From Prorocentrum cordatum (lineage: Eukaryota): a stretch of DNA of 64,000 bases. The DNA lies in contig CAUYUJ010000103.1 in assembly GCA_963575745.1 (NCBI GenBank), positions 372,001 to 436,000 on the forward strand, given 5' to 3'. Positions 40,627 through 53,270 of this stretch are shown one piece after another (the first letter of the stretch is position 1; each line of letters starts with the position of its first letter). The notes beneath the pieces were generated by a model that saw nothing but the letters and a program-made list of their open reading frames with translations, had not been told where the DNA came from and ran no database searches. Position numbers and translations under genes: made by a program.

Positions 40627-41175
40627 CTAGTCATCGACATACTGGGGTGCAGGGGTGGCCGTCCATTCGGCTGGCAGCAGCCCTCGGTACCAGTAGCATG
40701 GATGAGCTTCCCCTTGACTGCAGGCCTGAGGCACCAACCGATCGCTTCGTTCGAAGGCCACACACCCAGTATTGCATCGGCATGTCCAGTATCGATGTAA
40801 TGATGTCTCGTTGTCCTCACCACAGCGATCACACTTGGCATCAATGGAGCGATTGCCGTTGGACAACACAGCCTGCTTCCGCGCCTTAGGCCATGTGGCC
40901 CCTGTGGCGACTGAAACAAGCAAAGCTGCCAGGCGCCGCCCAATGTGAGGAATATTCTGGATTTGCCTAAGCAAGCGCCGATAGGAATAGCTGTCAGTAC
41001 CATGTTCCAATCCTTCTCCGTCGTAATGCCGCGCGGCCTTCGCCCATCTGGGCGCCATGGCTGCGCTCCTGACCTCATCAAAAAACTCGTGAAAACTCGC
41101 ATCGCCGATAGCGTCGATGCCAGTAAAATTCTCATCAGGACAAGCCCAAGAGGTCGCACCAGGAGGTGACCACAT
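40627..41175 (-). pseudogene. LINE ORF2 post-RT zinc-finger region
   Basis: ATGATWPKAR...KCDRCGEDNETSLHRYWTC (CxxC-x8-H-x4-C). Confidence 0.8.
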
Positions 41176-42829
41176 CGTCGGTGACTGGAACCCATCCGAA
41201 ATCCAGCAAGTGAAATATCACGGCTGACATGGGGCCCTTGATATGCCTGGACCTCTGGGCGTGGGGCAAGGCCTCCAACTTCTGGCGTACCTTATCCCAC
41301 GCCCGAATAATACCTGGACGAGCCTCTGGATGTCGACGCCAGTTGGAGAGCCACTGCCGAAACGTGCCCGTGATGAAACGCTGCGCAGGGTCTAGGGAGT
41401 TGGCCTCCAACTCGAGCAAGGTTGTGAGGCATCGACCTCGGACTCGAGCACCGCAGGCAGCCCCGAGACGTCGACGATATCGAACCAACTCCTGGCCCAC
41501 CACACCGTAGACCTCGTAGCCGTAGGATCCTGCAGCTTGAGCCCCCTGTCTTTCCAACCGTGAAGTGGTCTTAGTCCTCCTAAGAGTCCTGGCGTACTTG
41601 ACCACCTTACGGTGCCTGACGAGGTGCTTGGCGCTGCGCTTGACCCGCTGCTCCCGAGCGTGGCGAACCCCAGCTCCAAGGTCGACTCCGAGGTAACTGG
41701 CATGCTTCGCCGCCGTCATCGTGACTCCTCTCAGCTTGAGCGCCCTGACGATCTCCTTGGCCAACCCAAGCTTCGTGCACGTGACAACTGACTTGGATGC
41801 AACACTGAGGCCCTGCACCTTGAGCAAACGAGCTGTGGTGACAAGGCAATCAACCATGTCACGCTTGACCTGCGCCGCTGACCCCTTGGTGGCTTGCGAC
41901 AAGTCGTCGATCCAGAGTCGGTGGCTACACCGCACATTCGAAGTACAAATCCGATCCATGATAAAATACGTCATCGCACGTGCAAAGCGTGTCCCAGACC
42001 GTAAACCTTTTATGATACTGCATGTCGGCTCAAAAGCCCTCGAAAATGCTCGAATCTGCTGCAAGGAGCGTGGATGCGAACATTGTAATAGTTCCAAATA
42101 CAGAAGCGTGGGTGGAAACCCGAGCCGCAGCGCGGCTCGGGCAAGCTTGAGCCATAGCATGTTATCGTAGTACCCGTCGATACCTGTAAGAACGTGTGCG
42201 TATGTGATTCCCAAGACTCCCGCAACTTCTTCGTCAGGAACCCGGCGGAACGCCTCGCCCAACGACGAATTCGAATTACCTATAACAGCTGCATCCCAGT
42301 GAGCCTCCGTGGACCTGGACCAAGACTTCACCCAAGGTTCTCGCGACGTACTCCATACTCTGGATACCATCGACATGAGGCTTATCACGCGGCCCCCATT
42401 CAACTTTTTTGGGAGGAGGCGGCCGAGGACGAGCATGGTCTGCACGGGCCAGACCAAGAGATACTCAATCGCGGCGAACAGCGCGCATAACTCGGCTACC
42501 CCAGCGTCGGGCAGCCTCTCGATATCACATGGCGTAAGACGGTCCACCCCCATCCCCGCACGAGGCTTCGTAGATCTCAGGGCCCGCCTAACATCCTCCA
42601 CACCTAACTCAGGAAGATGATCAGGATCGTCTCTGACAGCCTGCCGAACAATCTCAAGAAAATTCCCAAGCGTCTCGTCGGGGTCGGAAATGGGCGGAGC
42701 CCACTTGCGATGCCACTTGTCTGACTTGAAATCAACTATATCCTTCGGATGGTAAAGAATAACAGACCCACCACATATTTCCAAACTAGGTACTGGATCT
42801 TGCCTCATGGCCCTGTGGAGCGCACCCAA
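41135..42829 (-). pseudogene. LINE ORF2 reverse transcriptase
   Basis: AGMGVDRLTP, LLPKKLNGGRVISLM, TGIDGYYDNM, SIIKGLRSG, LWIDDLS, GLSVASKS, YLGVDL. Confidence 0.88.
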
Positions 42830-43429
42830 AGAAGATCCCTCGACGGCCCAGTCCTGGAACTCTCGAAGCGACTGGTGCAGGGCTTTACGTTGACTAGACT
42901 TGGCGACCTTATCCGAAAACTGAACGAAAGTGTCGAGCTGGACTATCGAGCAGCTTCCAATGGACGATCAGAAAGCGAGCCATTCAGACCAGGGGGGAAC
43001 AAGGCAGTTCGATACTGACACGTGAACCTGATCGGGCCTGTCTTCAACGAGGCGTCGGCATTCTCTTTCCAATCTCTGCTGCTGCACAAGTCCGTTGCCT
43101 CGAGCACGATGCTTGTGCAGTGACGTGAGTAGCGAGTGGACCCTCGCCCACCAGCTAGCAACCTGATCGCGCAGTGGTACTGCTCGGTGCTGCTCCGAGA
43201 CTCTGACCTCCTGCACAGTGAAGACTGGAGCTAGGGCACGCTGGGGTCCTCGAGAGGCTTCCTCAGACATGTGGTGAGCACGAATAGTATCCTCCACAGT
43301 AGAAGCCCAAGTGGGGGGATCATATAACTAACGCTAGGGCTCCCTCGGGGCTTGGGGGGCTGGGTCGACGCCTCGGGAGGACCAGTGCCGTTGCCCCACT
43401 GAACAGAGGTGCCACCAGAGCGACCCTCG

Positions 43430-44818
43430 TCAGTGGACCCGCCAAGGGCTTCGCCAGCCATCCGCAAAGGCCCGCAAGCAGCGCCGGGACCGCCGCCTTC
43501 CTCCGAGGGGGGAGCCCCAACAGCACTGACCCCAAAAGGCAAAAAAACTGCTGCAATTAGAATTGGCAACATCGCTGCGAAGGGAGGCCTCTTGCCCCTC
43601 GGGCCTCCCTTCCGCGCAAAAATTCAACTGGTCTGCCCAAGGGTCCTCCTCGGAACAGACTGACAGATCATCGTGAAACCTGTCAGCGGAAACATGCAAC
43701 GCGGGCTGGGACTCAGGGCGCTCAGGAAGGTGCTCCACGGGGTCCTGCTGGGCTCCCTTGTTCTTCTGAAGGTCAATGGCCTCCGGGACATCCCCATAGA
43801 GCCTCGCGTACACCTCGTTCCGTTTGATGGCACTCTCCTGGGCAGCAATCAGCCGAGCAGCGCGTGCTCGACTGGACTTGGACTCTGGGGTCGGCTCTTT
43901 CCCAGGCCGCGGCGCTTGAGGAAGACGGGCCGCTAGAGAAAGCGATCGCTTAAGTAAGTGCCGTCCGTGGTCACGCAGCCGCACGCGCAAGCCGATGTGG
44001 GTCTTCCAAGGCACTGCCAACTCGGGCTCCACAGACACCACGTAACTCAATGCGGAAGTACTGCACATCGCGAAGTCGATGTGAGACCCAATATTCCCTG
44101 CATTGCACGTGTAATCTACGTTGGCCGTGAGAATGTGCCCTCCAACCCGATCCGTGAAACCTGCTCTGCTGACCGCAGCGGCACTGATATTGAAATCTGC
44201 CGCCACTATCCACGGAAGCTGCAGCGCTCGAAATAAAACCCCCAGACGGCGATACCGAGCAACATTGGGCCCCGTAAATCCAATGCCAGAGTATCCGTAG
44301 AAAGTGATGAGAACGAAAGAATACCCTTTCATGTGAATGGTAATCGCACAGAAGCCGTCGTTTGATCTGGTCGATTCATGCTGCAGCATATGTGAAGAAG
44401 CTGCCCCCAGAGAATGAGCTCGGAGATGCCCGTGAGTGAGGATCCACTCGCCCCCTTCGTTGCCATGCCCCATAGACAGCTCTCGAACATGTTTATCCTT
44501 CGGCCTAGCTGGATTGCAAAAGAGTTTCATCCGAAGTTTCCTCGCCTTGTCATCCCACTGCCGAACGGCTCCTCTGCCAACATGGGTCTCGGTGAATGCA
44601 AAGTACTGGGTGCACTGCCTCTGCTCAGCCACGCACTGCCATATCTTAGTACCCATACAAGTGATATTACCAAAGACTAAGTCGGTGAAACTGGGGGCGC
44701 TGTGATCACTGGCGCTCAACTGATCTGATGATGAATCTTCGGGTGCATCCCGAGGAGCCTGGCTCGCACTCAAGCCCGAAGATGGGGAGGAGGAGGATGG
44801 CCTGCTGGGAGTAGCCAC
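43430..44818 (-). pseudogene. LINE ORF2 APE-like endonuclease
   Basis: LVFGNIT, FAFTETHV, LITFYG, WIVAADFNI, SHIDFAMCS, WKTHIGLRV. Confidence 0.85.
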
Positions 44819-44875
44819 TGTGCTCGCCGTCGTGCTGGCCGACGTAATGGACGACGAACGGGGCTGACGCGTGCG

Positions 44876-46060
44876 TCACGCCTGCGGCTGGGCCTGACTG
44901 CCCGTGCCCTTGCCGATCGTCGCCCCCGCGGTGGGCCCGTTCTTGCCTTTGCCCTCCCGCGTCTGCTGGTTGGCGTTCAGGCGCCGCGAACTTCGCTCGG
45001 GACAGGTGCTCGGCCGCGGCCTGCACCCTGCTCGCCCGCTGCTCCTCTGCGGCCGCCTGCGATGCCTTCTGCTCCGCCGAAGGTTCCTCGCTCGCCGTTG
45101 CGGCGGAGGCCGTCGGCGCCGCAGCTTGACCTGCAGCGGCTGGGGGTTGGCCATCACCGCCTGGGACGGCCTGGTCGTCATTGTTCCTCCTCTTCTTGGC
45201 GAGCCGCTCCCTGATGGACGCCTTGAGCTCGGCTGCGCGCCGAAGCCAGGTCTGAACCTCCTCCTCCTTGGACTTCAATGTGTCCTTGGTGCCAACCAGG
45301 TCCTTCTCTAGCTGCGCCAAGGCTTCTTTCTCGCTCTGCTCGCACTCTAACTGATCGATATTGGTGAAAAAGCTCCTGATCCCATGACAGATGGAACAGG
45401 GACTTGGGGCCCTTGCCATCACCGTCGCCGCCATCGGACTCGAAAACCACTCCCTCCGCCTTGGCGAGGGTCTGCGCGGCCTGAGACTTGGCGATGATGG
45501 CCTGCGCAAGAGTCCTGGCCGCAAGCTGCTCTTTGGCCTCAGCCTGCGCCAACTGGTCACGAAGCCGTTGAACTGCCTTTGACCGCCTGATCGTGCTTCG
45601 TCCCGGCATCCCTCCAAGCTGCATCCGTACGCCGAACCTCGTCGGCCGGCGACACAACCTGCTGTGGGAATTGCACCGCCTCGATCTTGGTCAACTCCGC
45701 GGACAGAACCCTCTTCATCTGTTCATCGGACGTCTGGGCTATAGCGGCCTTCAGTGAGGCCACGAGATCCTGACCCTCGATGGCGGACTGGTGGGTCTGA
45801 GAATTCTTCAGAATCGGCTTCGGGCTGGTGCCTCTCTTGACTAGATCGTTCTCAGGGTTGGAGTCGAAACGAACACGCCAAGGTGGGCCACCTGGGGAAG
45901 TCGATCTGGAGCGAGATCTCCTGGGCACAAAAAGGCGAACTTGTCTGCAACATACCCTGCATTCCCGATCAGCACGTGACAACATATCATTGTACTCGAA
46001 AGTACCGCATCCACCACATTTCGAGAATAAGCGTGACATCCTCGGCTTTCGCCGCCGCAA
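44876..46060 (-). pseudogene. LINE ORF1-like (CxxC...CxxC, coiled coil, GK-rich tail), frameshifted
   Basis: KCGGCG...RECRVC; coiled-coil-like KAVQRLRDQLAQAEAKE and EKEALAQLEKDL...; tail REGKGKNGP...GKGTG. Confidence 0.65.
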
Positions 46061-46176
46061 GGAACAACTCTAGAAGGACGGTTGTCGCTGCGGCGCCCCC
46101 CAAGCGCTCCGTGGAAACACCGAGGTCTGGGTCCCCTGGGACCACTAAAATGGGGTCTCGACCCAGATGGCTTGAG

Positions 46177-46753
46177 AGGAGGCGGAGGAGGAGGAGGAGG
46201 AGGAGGAGGAGGAGGAGGAGGAGGAGGAGGAGGAGGAGGAGGAGGAGGAGGAGGAGGAGGAGGAGGAGGAGGAGGAGGAGGAGGAGGAGGGGGAGGGGGA
46301 GGAGGAGGAGGGGAGGAGGAGGAGGAGGAGGAGGAGGGGGAGGAGGAGGAGGAGGAGGGGAGGAGGGGAGGAGGAGGGAGGAGGAGGAGGAGGAGGAGGA
46401 GGAGGAGGAGGAGGAGGAGAGGAGGAGGAGGAGGAGGAGGAAGGAGGAGGAAGAAGAGGAGGAGGAGGAGAGGAGGAGGAGGAGGAGGAGGAGGAGGAGG
46501 AGGAGGAGGAGGAGGAGGAGGGGAGGAGGAGGAGGAGGAGGAGGAGGAGGAGGAGGAGGAGGAGGAGGAGGAGGAGGAGGAGGAGGCGGAGGAGGCGGAG
46601 GAGGCGGAGGAGGCGGAGGAGGCGGAGGAGGCGGCGGAGGAGGAGGAGGAGGAGGAGGAGGAGGTGGAGGAGGAGGAGGAGGATGAGGAGGTGGAGGCTG
46701 GAGGAGGAGGAGGAGGAGGAGGAGGAGGAGGTGGAGGGAGGAGGAGGAGGAGG
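46177..46753. repeat. (GAG)n microsatellite
   Basis: Direct inspection. Confidence 0.97.
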
Positions 46754-47026
46754 GTTTCTTTGGTGTGGGGTCCTCGTTCGGAAGAGACAGCGCCCCGCGT
46801 TCTCCTCACGCCTCCTCCCTCCCGCCTCCTCCCTCCTCCCATCCCTGCCCCTGCCCTCCGCACGTCCACCTCGGCACGCCCCTCGCAGGCCTCGTGGCCC
46901 CATAGGGAGCTCCGCCGAAGACCCCGGCGGAGATATCCGCGAGGCGTGCCCCTTGGAGGAGGATCGGGGAGGATTTTTTGGGCAGAGCCTTCTCTCGGAG
47001 GGTCGAGGATCGAGGGTTCTTCGAAC

Positions 47027-47189
47027 AGGAGATCGACTACATAATATATTCACCCCGATCGTTTTTTTTCTTCGAGTCTACGATCAGTACGCAGAATGAT
47101 GGTAGAGCTACGGAGCATTCTACGTTTTGTTGCGTGCATTGGACGCGAAGATCAAGTTTGGGGTGCATCAATTCTGTAGTCGATCTCCT
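47027..47189. mobile_element. MITE-like element
   Basis: TIR aggagatcgactacataatatattcacccc ... ggggtgcatcaattctgtagtcgatctcct. Confidence 0.75.
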
Positions 47190-47827
47190 ACTGTAAGTGT
47201 CGAGGATCGAGGATTCTGGACGCGTTTGGGGCTTCTTGGTCCCCCCCAGGGCGCCCTCGTGGCCCCAGCCGGATTCTCAGAAGCCATCGCGCCTTCCGAC
47301 AAGGCCTTGTGAGCCTTCTCCGAAGCCGCAGGCGGCTACTCAGAAGGCTGAGATGGCTTCTGAGACGCCCCGCCTCCTTATGAGGAGGCCTGCCCCCTCT
47401 CGCTTCCCACCCGGGCTCGCCGCCGACATATAGAGAGCACGCGTGGGATCGACGGAGTCTCGCACTTCCGAAAGGGGCCTCGCTCCTCTCTCTCCCTCCT
47501 TCGGCCGCTCTCTTCCGACCCCCCTCCCCCCGCTCTTGCACGGGCGCAGCTGTCGGAAGTCCCAGAGCGTCGAAACTTTAATATAAAGGCACCAGCATGA
47601 TTTCTCGGAGGTCTGCGCGGTCCTCCAAGAAGGAATGCTTGTGCTGCTTTGTGCTCCTCTAGAGCAGTGGCCACATCGGGTGACGTTCCCCTCCTTCGTC
47701 CCACCTTCCTTGCGGCATGCGCATTGCATGTGGTTGGGTCTTCGCCAGGATATCATCCTTGCACTTTTTCTCAACCATCCTGTAGTGTTGGGTCCTCGTC
47801 TTGAAGAGGCAGCGAGCGCCCCGCGTT

Positions 47828-47893
47828 TCATCATCATTATCATCATCATCATCAGCATCATCGACATCATCAGCATCATCATCATCATCATTG

Positions 47894-47943
<50 letters not shown>

Positions 47944-48166
47944 CAACAGCATCATCGTCATCATCAGCATCATCGTCTTCATCAGCATCAGCAGCATCAT
48001 CATCATCATTCCCATCATCATCATCACCATCACCATCGTCATCATAATCACCGTCATCGTCATCATCACTCAGATCTTTCACCATCATCATCACCATCAA
48101 CATCATCCTCATCACTATCATCGTCAACGTCACCATCATCATCATCACTAACACCATCACCGCGAC

Positions 48167-48201
<35 letters not shown>

Positions 48202-48278
48202 CCGTCACCATCACCATAACCACCAGGATAGTCGTCATCATCATCACCATCATCATCAGCATTATCATTATCATCGGG

Positions 48279-48369
<91 letters not shown>

Positions 48370-48370
48370 G

Positions 48371-48405
<35 letters not shown>

Positions 48406-48492
48406 GCTTCATCATCATCATCATCACCATCACCACCACCATCAGCATCATCATCATCATCATCACCAGTATCATCATTATCATTATCAGCG

Positions 48493-48546
<54 letters not shown>

Positions 48547-48605
48547 CGATCACAATCACGATCATCATCACCACCATCATCGCCGTCATTATTGCAACCA
48601 TCGCC
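47828..48605. repeat. (CAT)n microsatellite
   Basis: Direct inspection. Confidence 0.97.
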
Positions 48606-48611
48606 AGCAGC

Positions 48612-49890
48612 TTCGGCACACCCCTCACGAGCATCGCGGCCCATAGGGAGCTCCACCGAAGGTCCCAGTGGCGCCGCCCGCATGTGTCTGACCCGCCCAT
48701 TTCGGCACACCGCTCACGAGGATCGTGCCCCCCCCCTTGGGGAGCTCCACCGAATGTCCCAGGGGCGCCGCCCGCATGCGTCCAACCCGCGCATTTAGGC
48801 GCACCCCTCACGAGCATCGCAGCCCAAAAGGGAGCTCCACCGAAGGTCCCAGGGGCGCCACCAGCATGCATCCGGCCCACCCATTTCGGCACACCTCTCA
48901 CGAGGATCGTGGCCCCTTAGGGGGCTCCCTCCGAAGGTCCCAGGGGCGCCGCCCGCATGCGTCCGACCACTTCATTCATTTCGGCACACCCCTCACGAGC
49001 ATCGCGGCCCCATAGGGAGCTCCTCCGAAGGTCCCAATGGCGCCGCCCACATGTGTCTGACCCGCCCATTTCGGCACACCGCTCACGAGGATCCCCCCTT
49101 GGGGAGCTCCACCGAATGTCCCAGGGGCGCCGCCCGCATGCGTCCAACCCGCGCATTTAGGCGCACCCCTCACGAGCATCGCAGCCCAAAAGGGAGCTCC
49201 ACCGAAGGTCCCAGGGGCGCCGCCAGCATGCATCCGGCCCACCCATTTCGGCACACCTCTCACGAGGATCGTGGCCCCAGGGGGAGCTCCACCGAAGGTC
49301 CCAGGGGCGCCGCCCGTATGCGCCTAACTTACCCATGTCGGCACACCCCTCACGAGGATCGTGGCCCAAGCAGTATTGATCCCCACCGAATGTCCCAGGG
49401 GCGCCGCCAGCATGCATCCGACCCACCCATGGCGGCACAACCCTCACGAGGATCGTGGCCACATGGGGAGCTCCACCGAAGGTCCCAGGGGCGCCGCCGG
49501 CATGCGTCCGACTCGCCCGTTTCGGCACTCCCCCCCCCAAGGATCGTGGCCCCACACCACAGGGAGCTCCACCGAATGTCCCAGGGGCGCCGCCCGCATG
49601 CTTCCGACCCATTCACGTCAGCACATCCCTCACGAGGATCGTGGCCCCCATAGGGATCTCCACGGGCCGTCACCACATGCGTCTTGCCCCACAGTCCGCA
49701 TGCGGCACCCGCCCCATGTTCGCACACCCCTCACGCTGTTCGCCCGACCCACGCAGTTCGTGGCCCCTAGGGAGTTCCTCCTCGATCGTTCCGCATGCCC
49801 TGCGGTACTCGCAACTGCATGTGGTTGGGTCTTTCGCCAGGATACTTTCCAACCGTCCTGTTGTGTTGGGTCCTCGTTTTGAACAGTGCC
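48612..49890. repeat. ~88-bp satellite, block 1, with a conserved terminal module
   Basis: Unit cacacccctcacgaggatcgtggccccatagggagctccaccgaaggtcccaggggcgccgcccgcatgcgtccgacccacccatttcgg. Confidence 0.94.
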
Positions 49891-49899
49891 TCGCGTTTC

Positions 49900-50344
49900 C
49901 CTCCTCCTCTTCCTCCTCCTCCTCCCTCCTTCTCCTCGTGCTCCTCCTCTTCCCTCCTTCTCCCCCGCTCTCCCTCCTCCCTCCTCCCACCGTTGCCTCT
50001 TCTCTCCGCACGTCATCATTACCATCGTCATCATCATCGTAATTATCATTACCTGCATCATCATCAACAACAACATCATCATCATCACTGTTATTATTGT
50101 TATCATTGTCATTGTTGTTATTTCTGTAATTAGTGTGATGTTTATTAGTATTATTCGTATTCTTCTTACTATTACTGTTATATCAATGATAATAACTATT
50201 ACTACTATTGGTATTACTCTAATTATTATTATTAGTATTACTATTATTATTAGTAGTACTATTATTATTATTATTCTTATCATTATTGCTACCATTATTA
50301 TTCTTATTATTCTTGTCACCATCACCATCACCATCACCATCATC

Positions 50345-50376
<32 letters not shown>

Positions 50377-50400
50377 CAGCATCATCATCATCATCGTCAT
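49900..50400. repeat. (CCT)n then (CAT/TAT)n low-complexity spacer
   Basis: Direct inspection. Confidence 0.9.
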
Positions 50401-50403
50401 GTT

Positions 50404-51633
50404 ACACCCCTCACACGTTTCATGGCCCCATAAGGAGCCCCACCGGAGGCCCCAGTGGCGCCGCCCGCATGCGTCCGACCCACCAATTTGGGCACACCCC
50501 TCACGAGGATGGTAGCCCCATAGGTAGCTCCACCGAAGGTCCCAGGGGCGCCGCCCATTTGCGTCACACCCGCCCATTTCGGTACACCCCTCACGAGGAT
50601 CGTGGCCCCAAAGGTAGCTCCGCCGAAGGTCCCAGGGGTGCCGCCCGCTTGCGTCCGACCTACCTATTTGTTGGGCACACCCCTCACGAGGATCGTGGCC
50701 CCATAGGGAGCTCCACCGGAGGTCCCAGGGGCGCCGCATGCGTCCGACCCACCCATTGCGACACACACTCCTCACGAGGATCGCTGCCCCATAGGGAACT
50801 CCACCGCCGAAGGTCCCAGGGGCGCCGCCCGCATGCGTCCAACCCGCGCATTTAGGCACACCCCTCACGAGGATCGCGGCCCCGTAAGGGGGCTCCACCG
50901 AAGGTCCCAGGGGTGCCGCCCGCGTGCGCCCGGCCTCGCCGCCCGCATGCGTCTCACCCACCAATGTCGTCTCACCCATCACGAGGATCCTGGCCCCCTC
51001 ATTGGGAGCTCCACCGAAGGTCCCAAGGGCGCCGCCCATTTGCGTCACACCCGCCCATTTCGGTACACCCCTCACGAGGATCGTGGCCCCAAAGGTAGCT
51101 CCGCCGAAGGTCCCAGGGGTGCCGCCCGCTTGCGTCCGACCTACCTATTTGTTGGGCACACCCCTCACGAGGATCGTGGCCCCATATGGGGCCCCATATG
51201 GGGCTCCCCCGCTCCCCGCCCCTGCCTGCCCGTGAATCAATCCTCGTTAGACGTTCGCACATTTGCCCGGGTGCCGGAGGCACGGGCCAAGTTTCCCCCC
51301 CGAGTTCTAGATTGGCACGGCCTTCGGGCCGATCTGGAGTTGCGTTGCGTTGCGAAGTTCCTTGCGGCCGTCCTCGCGCGCGCCTCCTCCCATTTTTCTG
51401 CGCGCCCTTCACACATTTCGTGGCCCCATGAGGAGCTCCACCGAAGGTCGCAGCGGCCGTCATCGCATGCGTCTCCCCCACAGCCCGCATGCGGCACCCG
51501 CCCCATGTTGGCACACCCCTCACGCGGCTCGCCCGTCCCACGCGGTTCGCGGCCCCATAGGGAGTTCCTCCTCGATCGTTCCGCCTGCCCTGCGGTACTC
51601 GCAATTGCATGTGGTTTGAGTCCTTCGCCAGGA
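50404..51633. repeat. ~88-bp satellite, block 2, same terminal module
   Basis: Same unit; ends gggagttcctcctcgatcgttccgc.tgccctgcggtactcgcaa.tgcatgtggtt...tcgccagga as at ~49770-49841. Confidence 0.94.
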
Positions 51634-52179
51634 GCATGTTCGTGAGGTCGGATCTCAAGAGAGCCCGGGCTTCCGAGGCGGAGCGCTGGATCAGGGAGAA
51701 GGCCATGGACGCGGCGGAGCGCCGGGCGAACGAGGCACGGAGCCCCACCAGCGCAGAAGGGGAATATCTGTACCGATGCCGCTGCACTTCTTTCGTCGTG
51801 ACGGCTGGCTTCGCCTCGGGATCCTGGCCAGAACGTGGTCAGGGGAGGAACATCGGAAACTGGAGTATGTACACCACCAGTGACACGCTGGTTTTCAGTC
51901 CCAGGACTTCTTGAGGGTCGGGGACGACGTCGGGGTGGTGTGGTGTATACTTCTTTCCTTGTTTTCCCCCGGCGAAGCAACGAAACATGTGTACACCAGG
52001 ATCCCGTATACACCAGGATCCGCTGTCCTGTGCAAGTGTCAGCGCAGGGCTGGGAAAAAGCGTCGGTGACGACTGCATTCGCCTCGAGATTTTGGCCGGG
52101 ACGCCCCCTGGAGAGGTCCAGGGAGTGGCGGTTTTGGTACCTTGTCAGCGGGGTAGGCTACATAGGGTAAGAGACGGGG

Positions 52180-52440
52180 TGGCAGGGAGGGACGGAGGGA
52201 GGGAGGGGGAGGAGGGGAAGGAGGAGGGGGAGGAGGAGGAGGAGGAGGAGGAGGAGGAGGAGGAGGAGGAGGAGAAGGAGGGAGGAGGGGAGGCGGCCTC
52301 TTTCCTCTTCGGAGGAGAGTGGATGAGGATGAGGAGGATGAGGGGGACGAGGGGGGAGGAGGGAGGAGGGAGGAGGAGGACGAGGGGGTACGAGGGAGGA
52401 GGAGAAGGAGGAGGAGGAGGAATTGGAGGAAGTGGAGGTG
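52180..52440. repeat. (GAG)n low-complexity tract
   Basis: Direct inspection. Confidence 0.9.
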
Positions 52441-53270
52441 CAAAATGCCCTCCGTTTAAGGCTGCTGCGTGGGAAGCGCTGGATGCCATAATGGCTTGGG
52501 CCAGCGATGCGAGCATAGAGATGCCGTCGGCACGGTCGGCCCACTGAAGACCAGACGAAACTCTAAATGTCCAGACACTTTGAAAGTCGAGATCAGTGTC
52601 GGCAAGTACTCGGCGGACATATTCAGTGAATCCGTCCGCTTGGCAGCCGCACCAACTCGCCGACCGTGTGTGCATCCAGTGGCGCCAACCCTTTACCATT
52701 GGTAGGGTGCGTAGTTCTTTGGGCAGCGACTGTAACGGCTGCTTGCTTCCACGGCTGTCTGCTTGCATGGCGGAGGCGACCTCCGCTAAGCTCTCCGCAA
52801 TCTTGCACATCTCGAAATGCGTTGACGTCTGACGGCGAACCTGGGGTCGGCGGCCCTGGAGGGTGTTGGCCACGAGGCAGAAGGCCAGGAGTCTGGGGGG
52901 AAACAAACACACAGACACAATTCATCGTCGATTCCCCAGAAAATATGGGAAAATATGGGAAGTGGGGGGGAAGACAAAAAACCCGAAAATACAGGAAAAT
53001 ATGGGGAATATTTTTATCTGTGTGTATTTATTTGTGTGTGTCCCAGGGCCCCTTCAAGGAGGATGCGTGTCGGACGGGTCTACCTGTCGTCAGCCGGACG
53101 CGACGCAGCGCCACGGCTGTCGGACGAGGTGTAGCTGCCACGCGAAGACCAGTACGTATTTCCAGCCAGGCGCGACGCAGCGCCACTGCTGTTGGCGCCA
53201 GTGGGGCTCGGCCGTGTGGCTGCAGGGGCAGAGAACCCCTCTGGCGCGGGAGCTCCAGTGGAAATCACTA

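Larger units (their letters stand above)
39470..46176 (-). mobile_element. Near full-length degenerate LINE (ORF1; ORF2 APE-RT-Zn finger-RNase H) inserted in a (GAG)n tract
   Basis: Collinear domain fragments on the minus strand; GAG-type repeats at 39395-39465 and 46177-46753 flank both ends. Confidence 0.88.

Noticed and set aside
48612..51633. Proteins such as MRAAPLGPSVELP.../MRGVPKWVGRMHAGGAPGTFGG...
   Set aside because: Shadow translations of the ~88-bp satellite
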